Below, in pieces: positions 15,554 to 17,036 of a stretch of 17,036 nt of DNA. The position numbers and the translations under genes are program-made. The notes under the pieces were generated by a model. It was not told where the DNA came from. It ran no database searches and was given only the letters and a program-made list of their open reading frames with translations. Position 1 is the stretch's first letter, and each line of letters opens with the position of its first letter. The DNA is from an uncultured Candidatus Micrarchaeota archaeon (GTDB lineage: Archaea > Micrarchaeota > Micrarchaeia > Micrarchaeales > Micrarchaeaceae), in the NCBI GenBank assembly GCA_963741095.1, contig CAVUGN010000008.1, positions 1 through 17,036 of the forward strand, read 5' to 3'.

Positions 15554-16798
15554 ATGACGCAAAAAAATATTTCGGAAGGTCCAAAATTTCACGAGCTCAG
15601 CATACCGCAGCGCCAAGATCTCGTGATAGAAAAACACAAACTCACATCAGACGAAGCCATACTCCTAAGGAAAGGCGGCGGCCTGAGCTGGGAGCAAGCC
15701 GACAAGATGCAGGAAAACGTAATAACCACGATTAGCTTTCCAGTGGGGATAGTGCCCCACTTTCTGGTGAATGGCAAAACGTATGACGTTCCAATGGCAC
15801 TAGAAGAGCCTTCCGTGATTGCTGCAGTATGCAACATAAACAGGATGGTTGTCGATGTTAAGCGCGGCATCACGGCCAGTGTTAACGGATCAATAATGGA
15901 AGGACACATACAATTCACGGGCGTACCCGACATGGATATGGCGATAAAGAGCATAAACTGGCACGCAGAAGAGTTGCTTGCCATTGCAAACGCCACGGAC
16001 AGATACCTAGTCGAGCAAGCACACGGCGGTGCGCTGACCATAGGTGCGCGAGTGGTAAAGACGCAGCGTCGTGATATGCTTGCTGTATGCTTTACGGTCG
16101 ATTGCAAAGAAGCCATGGGCGCAAACGCAGTGAACAAAATGGCCGAGGCAATCGCATCCAAGATCACAAAGGACCATATAATTACAGGAACTTGCGGAGT
16201 GCGCATACTTTCAAATCTGACTCCTGACAGGCTAGCAACAGCGAGTGCAACATTCGACAAGAAAATGCTGGGCGGAGAACAGATAGTTGAAAGGATAATT
16301 GAAGCAGCAGAGTTTGCAGATGCTTACATAAAGAGGGGCGCAACGCACAACAAGGGAATAATGAATGGCATAGACGGCATAGCTCTTGCAACAGGGCAGG
16401 ATTGGAGGGCGCTCGAAGCCGACGCCCATGCATTCGCCACTTACGGCCACAGCTATGGTTCGTTGACGAAATACTTCTCAGACGAAGCGGGGAATCTCAA
16501 AGGCATTATAAAAATACCAATAGCCGTAGGCACGGTGGGCGGTTCTGCGAAGTCCCACCCGATGGCGATGCTGCTCCGGGAGAAAATAATGGGAATTGAG
16601 AATGCCGCAGAATTTTCCGAAGTCATGGCTGCAGTCGGTTTGGTGCAGAACGTTGGTGCAGTGAGGGCACTTGTTGCCGAAGGCATAGTCAAAGGCCACA
16701 ACGCCATGCACGGAAAGAAGGATGAAATAAAGGAGATGGAAGCGGAAAAAGCAAAAATTCAAGAAAAGCCGAAGACAGATGGAGAATGCACCAAATAA
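15554..16798 (+). CDS. mvaA: Hydroxymethylglutaryl-CoA reductase, class II (bacterial/Archaeoglobus type)
   Basis: ENVI, EEPSVIAA, EAMGAN, ILSN, RGATHNKGIMNG, TGQDWRALEA, GTVGG and EGIVKGH (catalytic His382). Confidence 0.95.
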   Translation: MTQKNISEGPKFHELSIPQRQDLVIEKHKLTSDEAILLRKGGGLSWEQADKMQENVITTISFPVGIVPHFLVNGKTYDVPMALEEPSVIAAVCNINRMVVDVKRGITASVNGSIMEGHIQFTGVPDMDMAIKSINWHAEELLAIANATDRYLVEQAHGGALTIGARVVKTQRRDMLAVCFTVDCKEAMGANAVNKMAEAIASKITKDHIITGTCGVRILSNLTPDRLATASATFDKKMLGGEQIVERIIEAAEFADAYIKRGATHNKGIMNGIDGIALATGQDWRALEADAHAFATYGHSYGSLTKYFSDEAGNLKGIIKIPIAVGTVGGSAKSHPMAMLLREKIMGIENAAEFSEVMAAVGLVQNVGAVRALVAEGIVKGHNAMHGKKDEIKEMEAEKAKIQEKPKTDGECTK

Positions 16799-16831
16799 TC
16801 CACAGATAGCATAATATAATTGATCCTTAGA

Positions 16832-17035
16832 TTAGGCGCACACTACGGTGCACTTGATCTTCCTGTCCTCGCCAAGCAGTACCTTCTTCATGTTTCCAGG
16901 CGTGGCTGCGTTGATTATATAACCAGTAGCGCCTGCTCTGCTTATCGCCTTGTACAGCGCCGCCAGCTTTCCCTGCATACCGCCAGTGACATTCGCCCTC
17001 CCTACCGAATCGCCTGCGCCGGCAATGCCCGTCTT
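16832..17035 (-). CDS. C-terminal part of an amino-acid-kinase-family protein, probably isopentenyl phosphate kinase (5' part outside the window)
   Basis: Not in the ORF track. Manual translation gives KTGIAGAGDSVGRANVTGGMQGKLAALYKAISRAGATGYIINAATPGNMKKVLLGEDRKIKCTVVCA*. The (D/N)VTGGMxxK motif, YIIN and terminal xT fit the family, and the gene lies next to mvk and HMG-CoA reductase. Confidence 0.75.
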   Translation of the reverse strand, partial: KTGIAGAGDSVGRANVTGGMQGKLAALYKAISRAGATGYIINAATPGNMKKVLLGEDRKIKCTVVCA

Positions 17036-17036
17036 G

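Noticed and set aside
1-17036. CRISPR array, IS element, prophage or defence system
   Set aside because: No regularly spaced repeats and no transposase, integrase or defence-type ORFs. The window is almost fully tiled by housekeeping genes.

Overview
Gene-dense archaeal housekeeping region. The gene set (LonB, Topo VI-A, Kae1/Bud32, aIF1, deoxyhypusine synthase, FtsZ) is clearly archaeal. The compact layout and protein style suggest a Micrarchaeota/DPANN-like genome, which is an inference. In order: a 5'-truncated membrane protein, a CDP-alcohol phosphotransferase, a stand-alone encapsulated-ferritin-like protein, a K+-independent membrane H+-pyrophosphatase, ftsZ, dhs, an rpl29-aIF1(sui1)-kae1-bud32 run, lonB-top6A, a two-subunit 2-oxoacid:ferredoxin oxidoreductase, mevalonate kinase, class II HMG-CoA reductase, and the 3' end of a probable isopentenyl phosphate kinase. 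I see no mobile elements, CRISPR arrays or tRNA/rRNA. The most notable signals are: (1) two probable non-canonical ATA starts (hppA, rpl29) at this genome's Shine-Dalgarno spacing, with rpl29 tightly coupled to the start-codon fidelity factor aIF1, suggesting an infC-like feedback loop; (2) a switch-like leader upstream of hppA; (3) a 14-bp inverted repeat at the lon/rpl29 divergent promoter; (4) a CDP-alcohol phosphotransferase with an insertion of about 32 aa inside its catalytic motif; (5) an HMG-CoA reductase with a replaced C-terminal flap.
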